A stretch of 64,000 bases of DNA from Escherichia coli. Its GTDB lineage: Bacteria > Pseudomonadota > Gammaproteobacteria > Enterobacterales > Enterobacteriaceae. The DNA lies in assembly GCF_003018255.1 (NCBI RefSeq), contig NZ_CP027440.1; one strand, given 5' to 3'. Made by a program: the position numbers and the translations under genes. The notes under the pieces were generated by a model. The model saw only the letters and a list, made by a program, of their open reading frames with translations. It did no database searches and had not been told where the DNA came from. Below are positions 39,045 to 52,160 of the stretch, piece after piece. Position 1 is the stretch's first letter. Each line of letters begins with the position of its first letter.

Positions 39045-39320
39045 ATGAAAATAATCTCTAAAATGTTAGTTGGTGCGTTAGCGTTTGCCGTTACCAATGT
39101 CTATGCCGCAGAATTAATGACCAAAGCGGAATTTGAAAAGGTTGCATCGCAATATGAAAAAATAGGTGATATTTCAACCAGTAATGAAATGTCGACCGCA
39201 GATGCGAAAGAAGATTTGATCAAAAAAGCCGATGAAAAAGGGGCTGATGTGTTGGTACTGACCTCTGGTCAAACTGACAATAAGATCCACGGCACGGCAA
39301 ATATTTATAAGAAGAAGTAA
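39045..39320 (+). CDS. yahO: DUF1471-family periplasmic stress protein
   Basis: 91-aa ORF with signal peptide ([21 protein letters not shown]). Confidence 0.8.
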   Translation: MKIISKMLVGALAFAVTNVYAAELMTKAEFEKVASQYEKIGDISTSNEMSTADAKEDLIKKADEKGADVLVLTSGQTDNKIHGTANIYKKK

Positions 39321-39420
39321 TTCTGAATCCTATGTAAACATCCCCGATGCGTAAGTTTATCGGTGATCATCATCTATTGAAATTTATGCCGGATAAAGCG
39401 TTCGCGCTGCATTCGGCAGT

Positions 39421-41007
39421 TCAGCTTTTCAGCCGCCGCCAGAACGTCGTCCGGCTGATACCTAAATAATTCGCCGCTGCTGTTTTATCGCCATTAAATT
39501 TTTCCAGTGCCTGTTGTGCTGTCAGCAAGCCTGGAATGGGAGTCTTCGCCGACTCGCGTGCCAGTTCCGGCAGTAGCAGCTGCAAAAATTGCGGCGTTAA
39601 ATCCGGCGTCGATTCCACACTTAAAAACAGCGCCAGTCGTTCCATCATATTGCGCAGTTCACGAATATTGCCCGGCCAGTCGTAGTGCACCAGCATGGTT
39701 TCGCTTGCCTGTAACCCCTGGCGTAATGCGGCAGCAAACGGGGCGGAGAGCGCCGCCAGAGACACTTTCAAAAAGCTTTCCGCCAGCGGCAGAATATCCG
39801 CCACCCGCTCGCGCAGTGGTGGCAATTGCAGACGCAAAATACTCAGCCGATAAAACAGATCACGGCGAAACTGCCCTTGCCGCATATCTTCTTCCAGATT
39901 GCAGTGAGTGGCGCTAATGATTCGCACATCCACCGGAACAGGCTGATGCCCGCCGACGCGGGTGACCTCTTTTTCTTCCAGCACCCGCAGCAGCCGAGTC
40001 TGCAACGGCAGCGGCATTTCGCCTATCTCGTCAAGAAACAGCGTGCCACCGTGGGCGATTTCGAACAGCCCGGCGCGACCTCCGCGTCGCGAGCCGGTAA
40101 ACGCCCCTTCCTCATAGCCAAACAGCTCCGCTTCCAGCAGCGATTCGGCAATCGCTCCGCAGTTGACGGCAACAAACGGATGCGACTTTTTGCCCTGTCG
40201 CGCATCGTGGCGGGCAAAATATTCCCGATGAATCGCCTGGGCCGCCAGCTCTTTGCCCGTCCCCGTTTCCCCCTCAATCAACACCGCCGCACTGGAGCGG
40301 GCATACAGCAAAATAGTCTGCCGCACCTGTTCCATCTGTGGTGATTGACCGAGCATATCGCCCAGCACGTAACGAGTACGCAGGGCGTTACGGGTAGCAT
40401 CGTGAGTGTTATGGCGTAACGACATGCGCGTCATATCCAGCGCATCGCTGAACGCCTGGCGCACGGTGGCGGCGGAATAGATAAAAATTCCGGTCATTCC
40501 GGCTTCTTCTGCCAGATCGGTAATCAGCCCCGCGCCGACCACCGCTTCGGTGCCGTTGGCTTTCAGCTCGTTAATCTGCCCGCGCGCGTCTTCTTCGGTA
40601 ATGTAGCTACGTTGATCGAGGCGCAAATTAAAGGTTTTTTGAAACGCCACCAGTGCCGGAATAGTTTCCTGATAAGTGACAACGCCGATAGAAGAGGTGA
40701 GCTTTCCGGCTTTTGCCAGAGCCTGTAACACATCGTAGCCGCTCGGTTTAATCAAAATAACCGGCACTGACAGGCGACTTTTAAGATATGCGCCGTTAGA
40801 GCCAGCAGCGATGATGGCGTCGCAGCGTTCGTTTGCCAGTTTTTTGCGGATGTAGGTCACCGCTTTTTCAAAGCCAAGCTGAATAGGGGTGATATTCGCC
40901 AGGTGATCAAACTCGAGACTGATATCGCGAAACAGCTCGAACAGCCGCGTTACAGATACCGTCCAGATCACCGGTTTGTCGTCATTCAGCCGTGGTGGAT
41001 GTGCCAT
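39421..41007 (-). CDS. prpR: sigma54-dependent transcriptional activator of propionate catabolism
   Basis: ORF 39421..41019; 528 aa from [12 protein letters not shown]; AAA+ sigma54-interaction domain ([20 protein letters not shown]-like) and C-terminal HTH. Confidence 0.9.
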   Translation of the reverse strand: MAHPPRLNDDKPVIWTVSVTRLFELFRDISLEFDHLANITPIQLGFEKAVTYIRKKLANERCDAIIAAGSNGAYLKSRLSVPVILIKPSGYDVLQALAKAGKLTSSIGVVTYQETIPALVAFQKTFNLRLDQRSYITEEDARGQINELKANGTEAVVGAGLITDLAEEAGMTGIFIYSAATVRQAFSDALDMTRMSLRHNTHDATRNALRTRYVLGDMLGQSPQMEQVRQTILLYARSSAAVLIEGETGTGKELAAQAIHREYFARHDARQGKKSHPFVAVNCGAIAESLLEAELFGYEEGAFTGSRRGGRAGLFEIAHGGTLFLDEIGEMPLPLQTRLLRVLEEKEVTRVGGHQPVPVDVRIISATHCNLEEDMRQGQFRRDLFYRLSILRLQLPPLRERVADILPLAESFLKVSLAALSAPFAAALRQGLQASETMLVHYDWPGNIRELRNMMERLALFLSVESTPDLTPQFLQLLLPELARESAKTPIPGLLTAQQALEKFNGDKTAAANYLGISRTTFWRRLKS

Positions 41008-41050
41008 AGCGCACCGCAAAGTTAAGAAACCGAATATTGGGTTTAGTCTT

Positions 41051-41109
41051 GTTTCATAATTGTTGCAATGAAACGCGGTGAAACATTGCCTGAAACGTTA
41101 ACTGAAACG
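41051..41109. promoter_or_regulatory. candidate PrpR upstream activating sequences
   Basis: Palindrome GTTTCA-N12-TGAAAC (41051-41074) plus three further TGAAAC(G) repeats up to 41109, upstream of the sigma54 promoter. Confidence 0.45.
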
Positions 41110-41183
41110 CATATTTGCGAATTACTTCATGACTATATTGCTAACAAATTGAAATTAAACATTTAATTTTATTCAGTCAATTG

Positions 41184-41198
41184 TGGCACACCCCTTGC
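41184..41198 (+). promoter_or_regulatory. sigma54 (-24/-12) promoter of prpBCDE
   Basis: TGGCAC-N5-TTGC exactly matching the GG-N10-GC consensus, 48 bp upstream of the prpB start. Confidence 0.8.
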
Positions 41199-41245
41199 TT
41201 TGTGTTTATCAACGCAAATAACAAGTTGATAACAAAGGATGGGCT

Positions 41246-42136
41246 ATGTCTCTACACTCTCCAGGTAAAGCGTTTCGCGCTGCACTGTCTAAAGAAAATC
41301 CATTGCAGATTGTTGGCACCATCAACGCTAACCATGCGCTGCTGGCGCAGCGTGCCGGATATCAGGCAATTTATCTCTCCGGCGGTGGCGTGGCGGCAGG
41401 GTCGCTGGGGCTGCCCGATCTCGGTATTTCTACTCTTGATGACGTGCTGACAGATATTCGCCGTATCACCGACGTTTGTTCGCTGCCGCTGCTGGTGGAT
41501 GCGGATATCGGTTTTGGTTCTTCTGCTTTTAACGTGGCGCGCACCGTGAAATCGATGATTAAAGCCGGTGCGGCAGGATTGCATATTGAAGATCAGGTTG
41601 GTGCGAAACGCTGCGGTCATCGTCCGAATAAAGCGATCGTCTCGAAAGAAGAGATGGTGGATCGGATCCGCGCGGCGGTGGATGCGAAAACCGATCCTGA
41701 TTTTGTGATCATGGCGCGCACCGATGCGCTGGCGGTAGAGGGGCTGGATGCGGCGATTGAGCGTGCGCAGGCCTATGTTGAAGCGGGTGCCGAGATGTTG
41801 TTCCCGGAGGCAATTACCGAACTCGCCATGTACCGCCAGTTTGCCGATGCGGTGCAGGTGCCGATCCTCGCCAACATCACCGAATTTGGCGCAACACCGC
41901 TGTTTACCACCGACGAATTACGCAGCGCCCATGTCGCAATGGCGCTGTACCCACTTTCAGCGTTCCGCGCCATGAACCGCGCCGCTGAGCATGTCTACAA
42001 CGTCCTGCGTCAGGAAGGGACGCAGAAAAGCGTCATCGACACCATGCAGACCCGCAACGAGCTGTACGAAAGCATCAACTACTACCAGTACGAAGAGAAG
42101 CTCGACGACCTGTTTGCCCGTGGTCAGGTGAAATAA
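41246..42136 (+). CDS. prpB: 2-methylisocitrate lyase
   Basis: 296 aa; isocitrate lyase/PEP mutase family motifs (KRCGH). Confidence 0.9.
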   Translation: MSLHSPGKAFRAALSKENPLQIVGTINANHALLAQRAGYQAIYLSGGGVAAGSLGLPDLGISTLDDVLTDIRRITDVCSLPLLVDADIGFGSSAFNVARTVKSMIKAGAAGLHIEDQVGAKRCGHRPNKAIVSKEEMVDRIRAAVDAKTDPDFVIMARTDALAVEGLDAAIERAQAYVEAGAEMLFPEAITELAMYRQFADAVQVPILANITEFGATPLFTTDELRSAHVAMALYPLSAFRAMNRAAEHVYNVLRQEGTQKSVIDTMQTRNELYESINYYQYEEKLDDLFARGQVK

Positions 42137-42165
42137 AAACGCCCGTTGGTTGTATTCGACAACCG

Positions 42166-42255
42166 ATGCCTGATGCGCCGCTGACGCGACTTATCAGGCC
42201 TACGAGGTGAACTGAACTGTAGGTCGGATAAGACGCATAGCGTCGCATCCGACAA
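42166..42255. repeat. REP pair (BIME) between prpB and prpC
   Basis: GCCTGATGCGCCGCTGACGCGACTTATCAGGCCTAC and inverted GTAGGTCGGATAAGACGCATAGCGTCGCATCCGACA. Confidence 0.8.
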
Positions 42256-42295
42256 CAATCTCGACCCTACAAATGATAACAATGACGAGGATAAT

Positions 42296-43465
42296 ATGAG
42301 CGACACAACGATCCTGCAAAACAGTACCCATGTCATTAAACCGAAAAAATCGGTGGCGCTTTCTGGCGTTCCGGCGGGCAATACGGCGCTCTGCACCGTG
42401 GGTAAAAGCGGCAATGATTTGCATTACCGCGGCTACGACATTCTTGATCTGGCGGAACATTGCGAATTTGAAGAAGTGGCGCATCTGCTGATCCACGGCA
42501 AACTGCCGACCCGTGACGAACTCGCCGCCTACAAAACGAAACTGAAAGCCCTGCGCGGTTTACCGGCTAACGTGCGTACCGTGCTGGAAGCCTTACCGGC
42601 GGCGTCACACCCGATGGATGTTATGCGCACCGGCGTTTCCGCGCTCGGCTGCACGCTGCCAGAAAAAGAGGGGCATACCGTCTCTGGCGCGCGGGATATT
42701 GCCGACAAACTGCTGGCGTCACTTAGCTCGATTCTTCTCTACTGGTATCACTACAGCCACAACGGCGAACGCATTCAGCCGGAAACCGATGACGACTCCA
42801 TCGGCGGTCACTTCCTGCATCTGCTGCACGGCGAAAAGCCGTCGCAAAGCTGGGAAAAGGCGATGCATATTTCGCTGGTGCTGTACGCCGAACACGAGTT
42901 TAACGCCTCCACCTTTACCAGCCGGGTGATTGCGGGCACCGGCTCTGATATGTATTCCGCGATTATTGGCGCGATTGGTGCACTGCGCGGGCCGAAGCAC
43001 GGCGGGGCGAATGAAGTGTCGCTGGAGATCCAGCAACGCTACGAAACGCCGGACGAAGCCGAAGCCGATATCCGCAAGCGGGTGGAAAACAAAGAAGTGG
43101 TCATTGGTTTTGGTCATCCGGTTTATACCATCGCCGACCCGCGTCATCAGGTGATCAAACGTGTGGCGAAGCAGCTCTCGCAGGAAGGCGGCTCGCTGAA
43201 GATGTACAACATCGCCGATCGCCTGGAAACGGTGATGTGGGAGAGCAAAAAGATGTTCCCCAATCTCGACTGGTTCTCCGCTGTTTCCTACAACATGATG
43301 GGCGTTCCCACCGAGATGTTCACCCCACTGTTTGTTATCGCCCGCGTCACCGGCTGGGCGGCGCACATTATCGAACAACGTCAGGACAACAAAATTATCC
43401 GTCCTTCCGCCAATTATGTTGGACCGGAAGACCGCCAGTTTGTCGCGCTGGATAAGCGCCAGTAA
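42296..43465 (+). CDS. prpC: 2-methylcitrate synthase
   Basis: 389 aa; citrate synthase family. Confidence 0.9.
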   Translation: MSDTTILQNSTHVIKPKKSVALSGVPAGNTALCTVGKSGNDLHYRGYDILDLAEHCEFEEVAHLLIHGKLPTRDELAAYKTKLKALRGLPANVRTVLEALPAASHPMDVMRTGVSALGCTLPEKEGHTVSGARDIADKLLASLSSILLYWYHYSHNGERIQPETDDDSIGGHFLHLLHGEKPSQSWEKAMHISLVLYAEHEFNASTFTSRVIAGTGSDMYSAIIGAIGALRGPKHGGANEVSLEIQQRYETPDEAEADIRKRVENKEVVIGFGHPVYTIADPRHQVIKRVAKQLSQEGGSLKMYNIADRLETVMWESKKMFPNLDWFSAVSYNMMGVPTEMFTPLFVIARVTGWAAHIIEQRQDNKIIRPSANYVGPEDRQFVALDKRQ

Positions 43466-43498
43466 ACCTCTACGAATAACAATAAGGAAACGTACCCA

Positions 43499-44950
43499 AT
43501 GTCAGCTCAAATCAACAACATCCGCCCGGAATTTGATCGTGAAATCGTTGATATCGTCGATTACGTGATGAACTACGAAATCAGCTCCAAAGTAGCCTAC
43601 GACACCGCACATTACTGCCTGCTCGACACGCTCGGCTGCGGTCTTGAAGCTCTCGAATACCCAGCCTGTAAAAAACTGCTGGGGCCAATTGTCCCCGGCA
43701 CCGTCGTACCTAACGGCGTGCGCGTCCCCGGAACTCAGTTCCAGCTCGACCCCGTCCAGGCGGCATTTAACATCGGCGCGATGATCCGTTGGCTCGATTT
43801 CAACGATACCTGGCTGGCGGCGGAGTGGGGGCATCCTTCCGACAACCTCGGCGGCATTCTGGCAACGGCAGACTGGCTTTCGCGCAACGCGGTCGCCAGC
43901 GGCAAAGCGCCGTTGACCATGAAACAGGTGCTGACCGCAATGATCAAAGCCCATGAAATTCAGGGCTGCATCGCGCTGGAAAACTCCTTTAACCGCGTCG
44001 GCCTCGACCACGTTCTGTTAGTGAAAGTGGCTTCCACCGCCGTGGTCGCCGAAATGCTCGGCCTGACCCGCGAGGAAATTCTCAACGCCGTTTCGCTGGC
44101 ATGGGTAGACGGACAGTCGCTGCGCACCTATCGTCATGCACCGAACACCGGCACGCGTAAATCCTGGGCGGCGGGCGATGCCACTTCCCGCGCGGTACGT
44201 CTGGCACTGATGGCGAAAACGGGCGAAATGGGTTACCCGTCAGCCCTGACTGCGCCTGTGTGGGGCTTCTACGACGTCTCCTTCAAAGGTGAATCGTTCC
44301 GCTTCCAGCGCCCGTACGGTTCTTACGTCATGGAAAATGTGCTGTTCAAAATCTCCTTCCCGGCGGAGTTCCACTCCCAGACGGCAGTTGAAGCAGCGAT
44401 GACGCTCTATGAACAGATGCAGGCAGCAGGCAAAACGGCGGCAGATATCGAAAAAGTGACCATTCGCACCCACGAAGCCTGTATTCGCATCATCGACAAA
44501 AAAGGACCGCTCAATAACCCGGCAGACCGCGATCACTGCATTCAGTACATGGTGGCGATCCCGCTGCTATTCGGGCGCTTAACGGCGGCAGATTACGAGG
44601 ACAACGTTGCGCAAGATAAACGCATTGACGCCCTGCGCGAGAAGATCAATTGCTTTGAAGATCCGGCATTTACTGCTGACTACCACGACCCGGAAAAACG
44701 CGCCATCGCCAATGCCATTACCCTTGAGTTCACCGACGGCACACGATTTGAAGAAGTGGTGGTGGAGTACCCAATTGGTCATGCTCGCCGCCGTCAGGAT
44801 GGTATTCCGAAACTGGTCGATAAATTCAAAATCAATCTCGCGCGCCAGTTCCCGACTCGCCAACAGCAGCGCATTCTGGAGGTTTCTCTCGACAGAACTC
44901 GCCTGGAACAGATGCCGGTCAATGAGTATCTCGACCTGTACGTCATTTAA
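43499..44950 (+). CDS. prpD: 2-methylcitrate dehydratase
   Basis: 483 aa; MmgE/PrpD family. Confidence 0.9.
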   Translation: MSAQINNIRPEFDREIVDIVDYVMNYEISSKVAYDTAHYCLLDTLGCGLEALEYPACKKLLGPIVPGTVVPNGVRVPGTQFQLDPVQAAFNIGAMIRWLDFNDTWLAAEWGHPSDNLGGILATADWLSRNAVASGKAPLTMKQVLTAMIKAHEIQGCIALENSFNRVGLDHVLLVKVASTAVVAEMLGLTREEILNAVSLAWVDGQSLRTYRHAPNTGTRKSWAAGDATSRAVRLALMAKTGEMGYPSALTAPVWGFYDVSFKGESFRFQRPYGSYVMENVLFKISFPAEFHSQTAVEAAMTLYEQMQAAGKTAADIEKVTIRTHEACIRIIDKKGPLNNPADRDHCIQYMVAIPLLFGRLTAADYEDNVAQDKRIDALREKINCFEDPAFTADYHDPEKRAIANAITLEFTDGTRFEEVVVEYPIGHARRRQDGIPKLVDKFKINLARQFPTRQQQRILEVSLDRTRLEQMPVNEYLDLYVI

Positions 44951-44989
44951 GTAAACGGCGGTAAGGCGTAAGTTCAACAGGAGAGCATT

Positions 44990-46876
44990 ATGTCTTTTAG
45001 CGAATTTTATCAGCGTTCGATTAACGAACCGGAGAAGTTCTGGGCCGAGCAGGCCCGGCGTATTGACTGGCAGACGCCCTTTACGCAAACGCTTGATCAC
45101 AGCAATCCGCCGTTTGCCCGTTGGTTTTGTGAAGGCCGAACCAACTTGTGTCACAACGCTATCGACCGCTGGCTGGAGAAACAGCCAGAGGCGCTGGCGC
45201 TGATTGCCGTCTCTTCGGAAACAGAAGAAGAGCGCACCTTTACCTTTCGTCAGCTGCATGACGAAGTGAACGCGGTGGCCTCAATGTTGCGTTCATTGGG
45301 TGTGCAGCGTGGCGATCGGGTGCTGGTGTATATGCCGATGATTGCCGAAGCACATATTACCCTGCTGGCTTGCGCGCGCATTGGCGCTATTCACTCGGTG
45401 GTGTTTGGGGGATTTGCCTCGCACAGCGTGGCGGCGCGAATTGATGATGCTAAACCGGTGCTGATTGTCTCGGCTGATGCCGGAGCGCGCGGTGGCAAAA
45501 TCATTCCCTATAAAAAATTGCTCGACGATGCGATAAGTCAGGCGCAGCATCAGCCGCGCCACGTTTTACTGGTGGATCGCGGACTGGCGAAAATGGCGCG
45601 CGTCAGCGGGCGGGATGTCGATTTCGCGTCGTTGCGCCATCAACACATCGGCGCGCGGGTGCCGGTGGCATGGCTGGAATCCAACGAAACCTCCTGCATT
45701 CTCTACACCTCCGGCACGACCGGCAAACCTAAAGGTGTGCAGCGTGATGTCGGCGGATATGCGGTGGCGCTGGCGACCTCGATGGACACCATTTTTGGCG
45801 GCAAAGCGGGCGGCGTGTTCTTTTGTGCTTCGGATATCGGCTGGGTGGTAGGGCATTCGTATATCGTTTACGCGCCGCTGCTGGCGGGGATGGCGACTAT
45901 CGTTTACGAAGGATTGCCGACCTGGCCGGACTGCGGCGTGTGGTGGAAAATTGTCGAGAAATATCAGGTTAGCCGCATGTTCTCAGCGCCGACCGCCATT
46001 CGCGTGCTGAAAAAATTCCCTACCGCTGAAATTCGCAAACACGATCTTTCGTCGCTGGAAGTGCTCTATCTGGCTGGAGAACCGCTGGACGAGCCGACCG
46101 CCAGTTGGGTGAGCAATACGCTGGATGTGCCGGTCATCGACAACTACTGGCAGACCGAATCCGGCTGGCCGATTATGGCGATTGCTCGCGGTCTGGATGA
46201 CAGACCGACGCGTCTGGGAAGCCCCGGCGTGCCGATGTATGGCTATAACGTGCAGTTGCTCAATGAAGTCACCGGCGAACCGTGTGGCGTCAATGAGAAA
46301 GGGATGCTGGTAGTGGAGGGGCCATTGCCGCCAGGCTGTATTCAAACCATCTGGGGCGACGACGACCGCTTTGTGAAGACGTACTGGTCGCTGTTTTCCC
46401 GTCCGGTGTACGCCACTTTTGACTGGGGCATCCGCGATGCTGACGGTTATCACTTTATTCTCGGGCGCACTGACGATGTGATTAACGTTGCCGGACATCG
46501 GCTGGGTACGCGTGAGATTGAAGAGAGTATCTCCAGTCATCCGGGCGTTGCCGAAGTGGCGGTGGTTGGGGTGAAAGATGCGCTGAAAGGGCAGGTGGCG
46601 GTGGCGTTTGTCATTCCGAAAGAGAGCGACAGTCTGGAAGACCGTGAGGTGGCGCACTTGCAAGAGAAGGCAATTATGGCGCTGGTAGACAGCCAGATTG
46701 GCAACTTTGGCCGCCCGGCGCACGTCTGGTTTGTCTCGCAATTGCCAAAAACGCGATCCGGAAAAATGCTGCGCCGCACGATCCAGGCGATTTGCGAAGG
46801 ACGCGATCCTGGAGATCTGACGACCATTGATGATCCGGCGTCGTTGGATCAGATCCGCCAGGCGATGGAAGAGTAG
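44990..46876 (+). CDS. prpE: propionyl-CoA synthetase
   Basis: 628 aa; acyl-CoA synthetase AMP-binding motif (YTSGTTGKPKG). Confidence 0.9.
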   Translation: MSFSEFYQRSINEPEKFWAEQARRIDWQTPFTQTLDHSNPPFARWFCEGRTNLCHNAIDRWLEKQPEALALIAVSSETEEERTFTFRQLHDEVNAVASMLRSLGVQRGDRVLVYMPMIAEAHITLLACARIGAIHSVVFGGFASHSVAARIDDAKPVLIVSADAGARGGKIIPYKKLLDDAISQAQHQPRHVLLVDRGLAKMARVSGRDVDFASLRHQHIGARVPVAWLESNETSCILYTSGTTGKPKGVQRDVGGYAVALATSMDTIFGGKAGGVFFCASDIGWVVGHSYIVYAPLLAGMATIVYEGLPTWPDCGVWWKIVEKYQVSRMFSAPTAIRVLKKFPTAEIRKHDLSSLEVLYLAGEPLDEPTASWVSNTLDVPVIDNYWQTESGWPIMAIARGLDDRPTRLGSPGVPMYGYNVQLLNEVTGEPCGVNEKGMLVVEGPLPPGCIQTIWGDDDRFVKTYWSLFSRPVYATFDWGIRDADGYHFILGRTDDVINVAGHRLGTREIEESISSHPGVAEVAVVGVKDALKGQVAVAFVIPKESDSLEDREVAHLQEKAIMALVDSQIGNFGRPAHVWFVSQLPKTRSGKMLRRTIQAICEGRDPGDLTTIDDPASLDQIRQAMEE

Positions 46877-47150
46877 GTCGGATAAGGCGCTCGCGCCGCA
46901 TCCGACACCGTGCGCAGATGCCTGATGCGACGCTGACGCGTCTTATCATGCCTACAGGCCTGAACCGTAGGTCGGATAAGGCGCTCGCGCCGCATCCGAC
47001 ACCGTGCGCAGATGCCTGATGCGACGCTGACGCGTCTTATCATGCCTACAGGCCTGAACCGTAGGTCGGATAAGGCGCTCGCGCCGCATCCGACACCATG
47101 CGCCGATGCCTGATGCGACGCTTACGCGTCTTATCATGCCTACCCACTGT
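46873..47150. repeat. tandem REP/BIME array, 3 units of 94 bp
   Basis: Unit starts at 46873, 46967, 47061 (GTAGGTCGGATAAGGCGCTCGCGCCGCATCCGACA...); yields three spurious minus-strand ORFs beginning MIRRVSVASGI. Confidence 0.9.
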
Positions 47151-47293
47151 TTTTACACAGATAAGTTTCCCCCGCCTTTTTGTACTCATTCATATAAGAA
47201 ATATATCCCCATACGAAAACGATTGCTTTTTATCTTCAGATGAATAGAATGCGGCGGATTTTTGGGTTTCAAACAGCAAAAAGGGGGAATTTC

Positions 47294-48553
47294 GTGTCGC
47301 AAGATAACAACTTTAGCCAGGGGCCAGTCCCGCAGTCGGCGCGGAAAGGGGTATTGGCATTGACGTTCGTCATGCTGGGATTAACCTTCTTTTCCGCCAG
47401 TATGTGGACCGGCGGCACTCTCGGAACCGGTCTTAGCTATCATGATTTCTTCCTCGCAGTCCTCATCGGTAATCTTCTCCTCGGTATTTACACTTCATTT
47501 CTTGGTTACATTGGCGCAAAAACCGGCCTGACCACTCATCTTCTTGCTCGCTTCTCTTTTGGTGTTAAAGGCTCATGGCTGCCTTCACTGCTGCTGGGCG
47601 GCACCCAGGTTGGCTGGTTTGGCGTTGGCGTGGCGATGTTTGCCATTCCGGTGGGCAAGGCAACCGGGCTGGATATTAATTTGCTGATTGCCGTTTCCGG
47701 TTTACTGATGACCGTCACCGTCTTCTTTGGCATTTCGGCGCTGACGGTTCTTTCGGTGATTGCGGTTCCGGCTATCGCCTGCCTTGGCGGTTATTCCGTG
47801 TGGCTGGCCGTTAATGGCATGGGCGGCCTGGACGCATTAAAAGCGGTCGTTCCCGCACAACCGTTAGATTTCAATGTCGCGCTGGCGCTGGTTGTGGGGT
47901 CATTTATCAGTGCGGGCACGCTCACCGCTGACTTTGTCCGGTTTGGTCGTAATGCCAAACTGGCGGTGCTGGTGGCGATGGTGGCCTTTTTCCTCGGCAA
48001 CTCGTTGATGTTTATTTTCGGTGCAGCGGGCGCTGCGGCACTGGGGATGGCGGATATCTCTGATGTGATGATTGCTCAGGGCCTGCTGCTGCCTGCGATT
48101 GTGGTGCTGGGGCTGAATATCTGGACCACCAACGATAACGCGCTCTATGCGTCGGGTTTAGGTTTCGCCAACATTACTGGTATGTCGAGTAAAACCCTTT
48201 CGGTAATCAACGGTATTATCGGTACGGTCTGCGCATTATGGCTGTATAACAATTTTGTCGGCTGGCTGACCTTCCTTTCGGCAGCTATTCCTCCGGTAGG
48301 GGGCGTGATCATCGCTGACTATCTGATGAACCGTCGCCGCTATGAGCACTTTGCGACCACGCGTATGATGAGTGTCAATTGGGTGGCGATTCTGGCGGTC
48401 GCCTTGGGGATTGCCGCAGGCCACTGGTTACCGGGTATTGTTCCGGTCAACGCGGTATTAGGTGGCGCGCTGAGCTATCTGATCCTTAACCCGATTTTGA
48501 ATCGCAAAACGACGGCTGCAATGACGCATGTGGAGGCTAACAGTGTCGAATAA
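47294..48553 (+). CDS. codB: cytosine permease
   Basis: ORF 47240..48553; GTG start at 47294 after AAGGGGGAA; 419 aa; NCS1-family membrane protein. Confidence 0.9.
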   Translation: MSQDNNFSQGPVPQSARKGVLALTFVMLGLTFFSASMWTGGTLGTGLSYHDFFLAVLIGNLLLGIYTSFLGYIGAKTGLTTHLLARFSFGVKGSWLPSLLLGGTQVGWFGVGVAMFAIPVGKATGLDINLLIAVSGLLMTVTVFFGISALTVLSVIAVPAIACLGGYSVWLAVNGMGGLDALKAVVPAQPLDFNVALALVVGSFISAGTLTADFVRFGRNAKLAVLVAMVAFFLGNSLMFIFGAAGAAALGMADISDVMIAQGLLLPAIVVLGLNIWTTNDNALYASGLGFANITGMSSKTLSVINGIIGTVCALWLYNNFVGWLTFLSAAIPPVGGVIIADYLMNRRRYEHFATTRMMSVNWVAILAVALGIAAGHWLPGIVPVNAVLGGALSYLILNPILNRKTTAAMTHVEANSVE

Positions 48554-49826
48554 CGCTTTACAGACAATTATTAACGCCCGGTTACCCGGCAAAGAGGGGC
48601 TGTGGCAGATTCATCTGCTGGACGGAAAAATCAGCGCCATTGATGCGCAATCCGGGGTGATGCCCATAACTGAAAACAGCCTGGATGCCGAACAAGGTTT
48701 AGTTATACCGCCGTTTGTGGAGCCGCATATTCACCTGGACACCACGCAAACCGCCGGACAACCGAACTGGAATCAGTCCGGCACGCTGTTTGAAGGCATT
48801 GAACGCTGGGCCGAGCGCAAAGCGTTATTAACCCATGACGATGTGAAACAACGCGCCTGGCAAACGCTGAAATGGCAGATTGCCAACGGCATTCAGCATG
48901 TGCGTACCCATGTCGATGTTTCGGATGCAACGCTGACTGCGCTGAAAGCAATGCTGGAAGTGAAGCAGGAAGTCGCGCCGTGGATTGATCTGCAAATCGT
49001 CGCCTTCCCGCAGGAAGGGATTTTGTCGTATCCCAACGGTGAAGCGTTGCTGGAAGAGGCGTTACGCTTAGGGGCTGACGTAGTGGGGGCGATTCCGCAT
49101 TTTGAATTTACCCGTGAATACGGCGTGGAGTCGCTGCATAAAACCTTCGCCCTGGCGCAAAAATACGACCGTCTCATCGACGTTCACTGTGATGAGATCG
49201 ATGACGAGCAGTCGCGCTTTGTCGAAACCGTTGCTGCCCTGGCGCACCGTGAAGGAATGGGCGCGCGAGTCACCGCCAGCCACACCACGGCAATGCACTC
49301 CTATAACGGGGCGTATACCTCACGCCTGTTCCGCTTGCTGAAAATGTCCGGTATTAACTTTGTCGCCAACCCGCTGGTCAATATCCATCTGCAAGGACGT
49401 TTCGATACCTATCCAAAACGTCGCGGCATCACGCGCGTTAAAGAGATGCTGGAGTCCGGCATTAACGTCTGCTTTGGTCACGATGATGTCTTCGATCCGT
49501 GGTATCCGCTGGGAACGGCGAATATGCTGCAAGTGCTGCATATGGGGCTGCATGTTTGCCAGCTGATGGGCTACGGGCAGATTAACGATGGCCTGAATTT
49601 AATCACCCACCACAGTGCCAGGACGTTGAATTTGCAGGATTACGGCATTGCCGCCGGAAACAGCGCCAACCTGATTATCCTGCCGGCTGAAAATGGGTTT
49701 GACGCGCTGCGCCGTCAGGTTCCTGTACGTTATTCGGTACGTGGCGGTAAGGTGATTGCCAGCACCCAACCAGCACAAACCACCGTATATCTGGAGCAGC
49801 CAGAAGCCATCGATTACAAACGGTGA
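48543..49826 (+). CDS. codA: cytosine deaminase
   Basis: ORF 48528..49826; GTG start at 48543 overlapping the codB end by 11 nt; 427 aa; amidohydrolase HxH motif (HIHLD). Confidence 0.9.
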   Translation: MSNNALQTIINARLPGKEGLWQIHLLDGKISAIDAQSGVMPITENSLDAEQGLVIPPFVEPHIHLDTTQTAGQPNWNQSGTLFEGIERWAERKALLTHDDVKQRAWQTLKWQIANGIQHVRTHVDVSDATLTALKAMLEVKQEVAPWIDLQIVAFPQEGILSYPNGEALLEEALRLGADVVGAIPHFEFTREYGVESLHKTFALAQKYDRLIDVHCDEIDDEQSRFVETVAALAHREGMGARVTASHTTAMHSYNGAYTSRLFRLLKMSGINFVANPLVNIHLQGRFDTYPKRRGITRVKEMLESGINVCFGHDDVFDPWYPLGTANMLQVLHMGLHVCQLMGYGQINDGLNLITHHSARTLNLQDYGIAAGNSANLIILPAENGFDALRRQVPVRYSVRGGKVIASTQPAQTTVYLEQPEAIDYKR

Positions 49827-49864
49827 TCGGCTGGGCTGTGTGTTGACAAAGCGAGCGTAGTTTA

Positions 49865-49950
49865 TGCCGGATGCGGCGTGAACGCCTTATCCGGCCTACG
49901 TAGAGCACTGAACTCGTAGGCCTGATAAGCGTAGCGCATCAGGCAATTGT
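49865..49950. repeat. REP pair (BIME) between codA and cynR
   Basis: GCCGGATGCGGCGTGAACGCCTTATCCGGCCTACG and inverted partner GTAGGCCTGATAAGCGTAGCGCATCAGGC. Confidence 0.8.
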
Positions 49951-49958
49951 GTCAGTGG

Positions 49959-50858
49959 TTACCGCGATTCATTTCCGCCAACAACCGCGCATTTATCCAA
50001 CGCCATGTGCAAAAATGCCTTCGCGGCGGCTGTCTGCCAGCTATTTTTCCGCCGCAACAAAACCGCCGTTCTCTCCAGTAGTGGCGGGGCAAGGGATATA
50101 GCTTTAAGCCCGTCATGTTGTGTGGCAATCGCTGCTGGCAACAATGTGGAAAGGGAAGTGCGGCGAATCAGCTCCAGAACCGCGCTAATTGAGTTCGCCT
50201 CAATGACCACCTGTGGATGTAGCCCCGCTTTCTCGCAGTAGTGGTCAATTTGCTCTCTGGTGGCAAATTCCGCGCTGAGCAGGACCAGTTTTTCATCATG
50301 CAAGCGACTCAACGCCACCTGTTCACAGGCAGCCAGCGGATGATGTTGCGCCACGACTAACGCTAAACTTTCTGTCAGTAAAGGAATTGCCTCCAGCTCC
50401 GGCGAATGCACAGGCGCGAAGGCAATCCCAACGTCCAACTCGTCGCGGCAAAGCAGATCTTCGATTTTCTCCTGCGACATTTCCTGTAGCTGGAGCGTGA
50501 TGCCGGGGTAGCGCGCATAGAAATCCGCCATTAAAGGGCCGATAAAGTAGCTTGTAAAGGTGGGAGTGACGGCGATACGCAGCGATCCTCGCGTCAGATC
50601 GGCAACATCATGAATCGCCCGTTTACCCGCCCCCAGTTCCTGTAACGCCCGGCTGGCGTACTGTCGCCAGACTTCTCCTGCATCAGTGAGACGAATCGTT
50701 CGCCCGCTACGGTCAAACAGCGGCACGCCCAAACTTTCCTCTAACTGGCGAATCTGCTGGGAAAGCGCAGGCTGGGAGACGTGCAACGCACTGGCTGCAC
50801 GGGTGAAGCTGCCATGTTCAGCCACGGCAAGAAAGTAATTGATATGTCGAGAGAGCAT
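49959..50858 (-). CDS. cynR: LysR-family activator of the cyn operon
   Basis: ORF 49959..50882; 299 aa from [18 protein letters not shown]. Confidence 0.9.
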   Translation of the reverse strand: MLSRHINYFLAVAEHGSFTRAASALHVSQPALSQQIRQLEESLGVPLFDRSGRTIRLTDAGEVWRQYASRALQELGAGKRAIHDVADLTRGSLRIAVTPTFTSYFIGPLMADFYARYPGITLQLQEMSQEKIEDLLCRDELDVGIAFAPVHSPELEAIPLLTESLALVVAQHHPLAACEQVALSRLHDEKLVLLSAEFATREQIDHYCEKAGLHPQVVIEANSISAVLELIRRTSLSTLLPAAIATQHDGLKAISLAPPLLERTAVLLRRKNSWQTAAAKAFLHMALDKCAVVGGNESR

Positions 50859-50967
50859 TCGCCAACCTATAAGTAAATCCAATAGAACTCATCATAAATG
50901 AGTCTTTTACCTTATGACAATCGGCGAGTAGTCTGCCTCTCATTCCAGAGACAGACAGAGGTTAACG

Positions 50968-51627
50968 GTGAAAGAGATTATTGATGGATTCCTTAAATTC
51001 CAGCGCGAGGCATTTCCGAAGCGGGAAGCCTTGTTTAAACAGCTGGCGACACAGCAAAGCCCGCGCACCCTTTTTATCTCCTGCTCCGACAGCCGTCTGG
51101 TCCCTGAGCTGGTGACGCAACGTGAGCCTGGCGATCTGTTCGTTATTCGCAACGCGGGCAATATCGTCCCTTCCTACGGGCCGGAACCCGGTGGCGTTTC
51201 TGCTTCGGTGGAGTATGCCGTCGCTGCGCTTCGGGTATCTGACATTGTGATTTGCGGTCATTCCAACTGTGGCGCGATGACCTCCATTGCCAGCTGTCAG
51301 TGCATGGACCATATGCCTGCCGTCTCCCACTGGCTGCGTTATGCCGATTCAGCCCGCGTCGTTAATGAGGCGCGCCCGCATCCCGATTTACCGTCAAAAG
51401 CTACGGCGATGGTACGTGAAAACGTCATTGCTCAGTTGGCTAATTTGCAAACTCATCCATCGGTGCGCCTGGCGCTCGAAGAGGGGCGGATTGCCCTGCA
51501 CGGCTGGGTCTACGACATTGAAAGCGGCAGCATCGCAGCTTTTGACGGCGCAACCCGCCAGTTTGTGCCACTGGCCGCTAATCCTCGCGTTTGTGCCATA
51601 CCGCTACGCCAACCGACCGCAGCGTAA
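50968..51627 (+). CDS. cynT: beta-class carbonic anhydrase
   Basis: 219 aa, GTG start; beta-CA zinc ligands (CSDSR, HxxCG). Confidence 0.9.
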   Translation: MKEIIDGFLKFQREAFPKREALFKQLATQQSPRTLFISCSDSRLVPELVTQREPGDLFVIRNAGNIVPSYGPEPGGVSASVEYAVAALRVSDIVICGHSNCGAMTSIASCQCMDHMPAVSHWLRYADSARVVNEARPHPDLPSKATAMVRENVIAQLANLQTHPSVRLALEEGRIALHGWVYDIESGSIAAFDGATRQFVPLAANPRVCAIPLRQPTAA

Positions 51628-51639
51628 CCTTATTTTTAA

Positions 51640-52128
<489 letters not shown>

Positions 52129-52160
52129 CAGCCATGCGCAACCATCAAAAGACGTTCACG

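Noticed and set aside
46674-47137. Three minus-strand ORFs beginning MIRRVSVASGI downstream of prpE
   Set aside because: Each is one copy of a 94-bp REP repeat read in frame; repeat artefacts, not genes.
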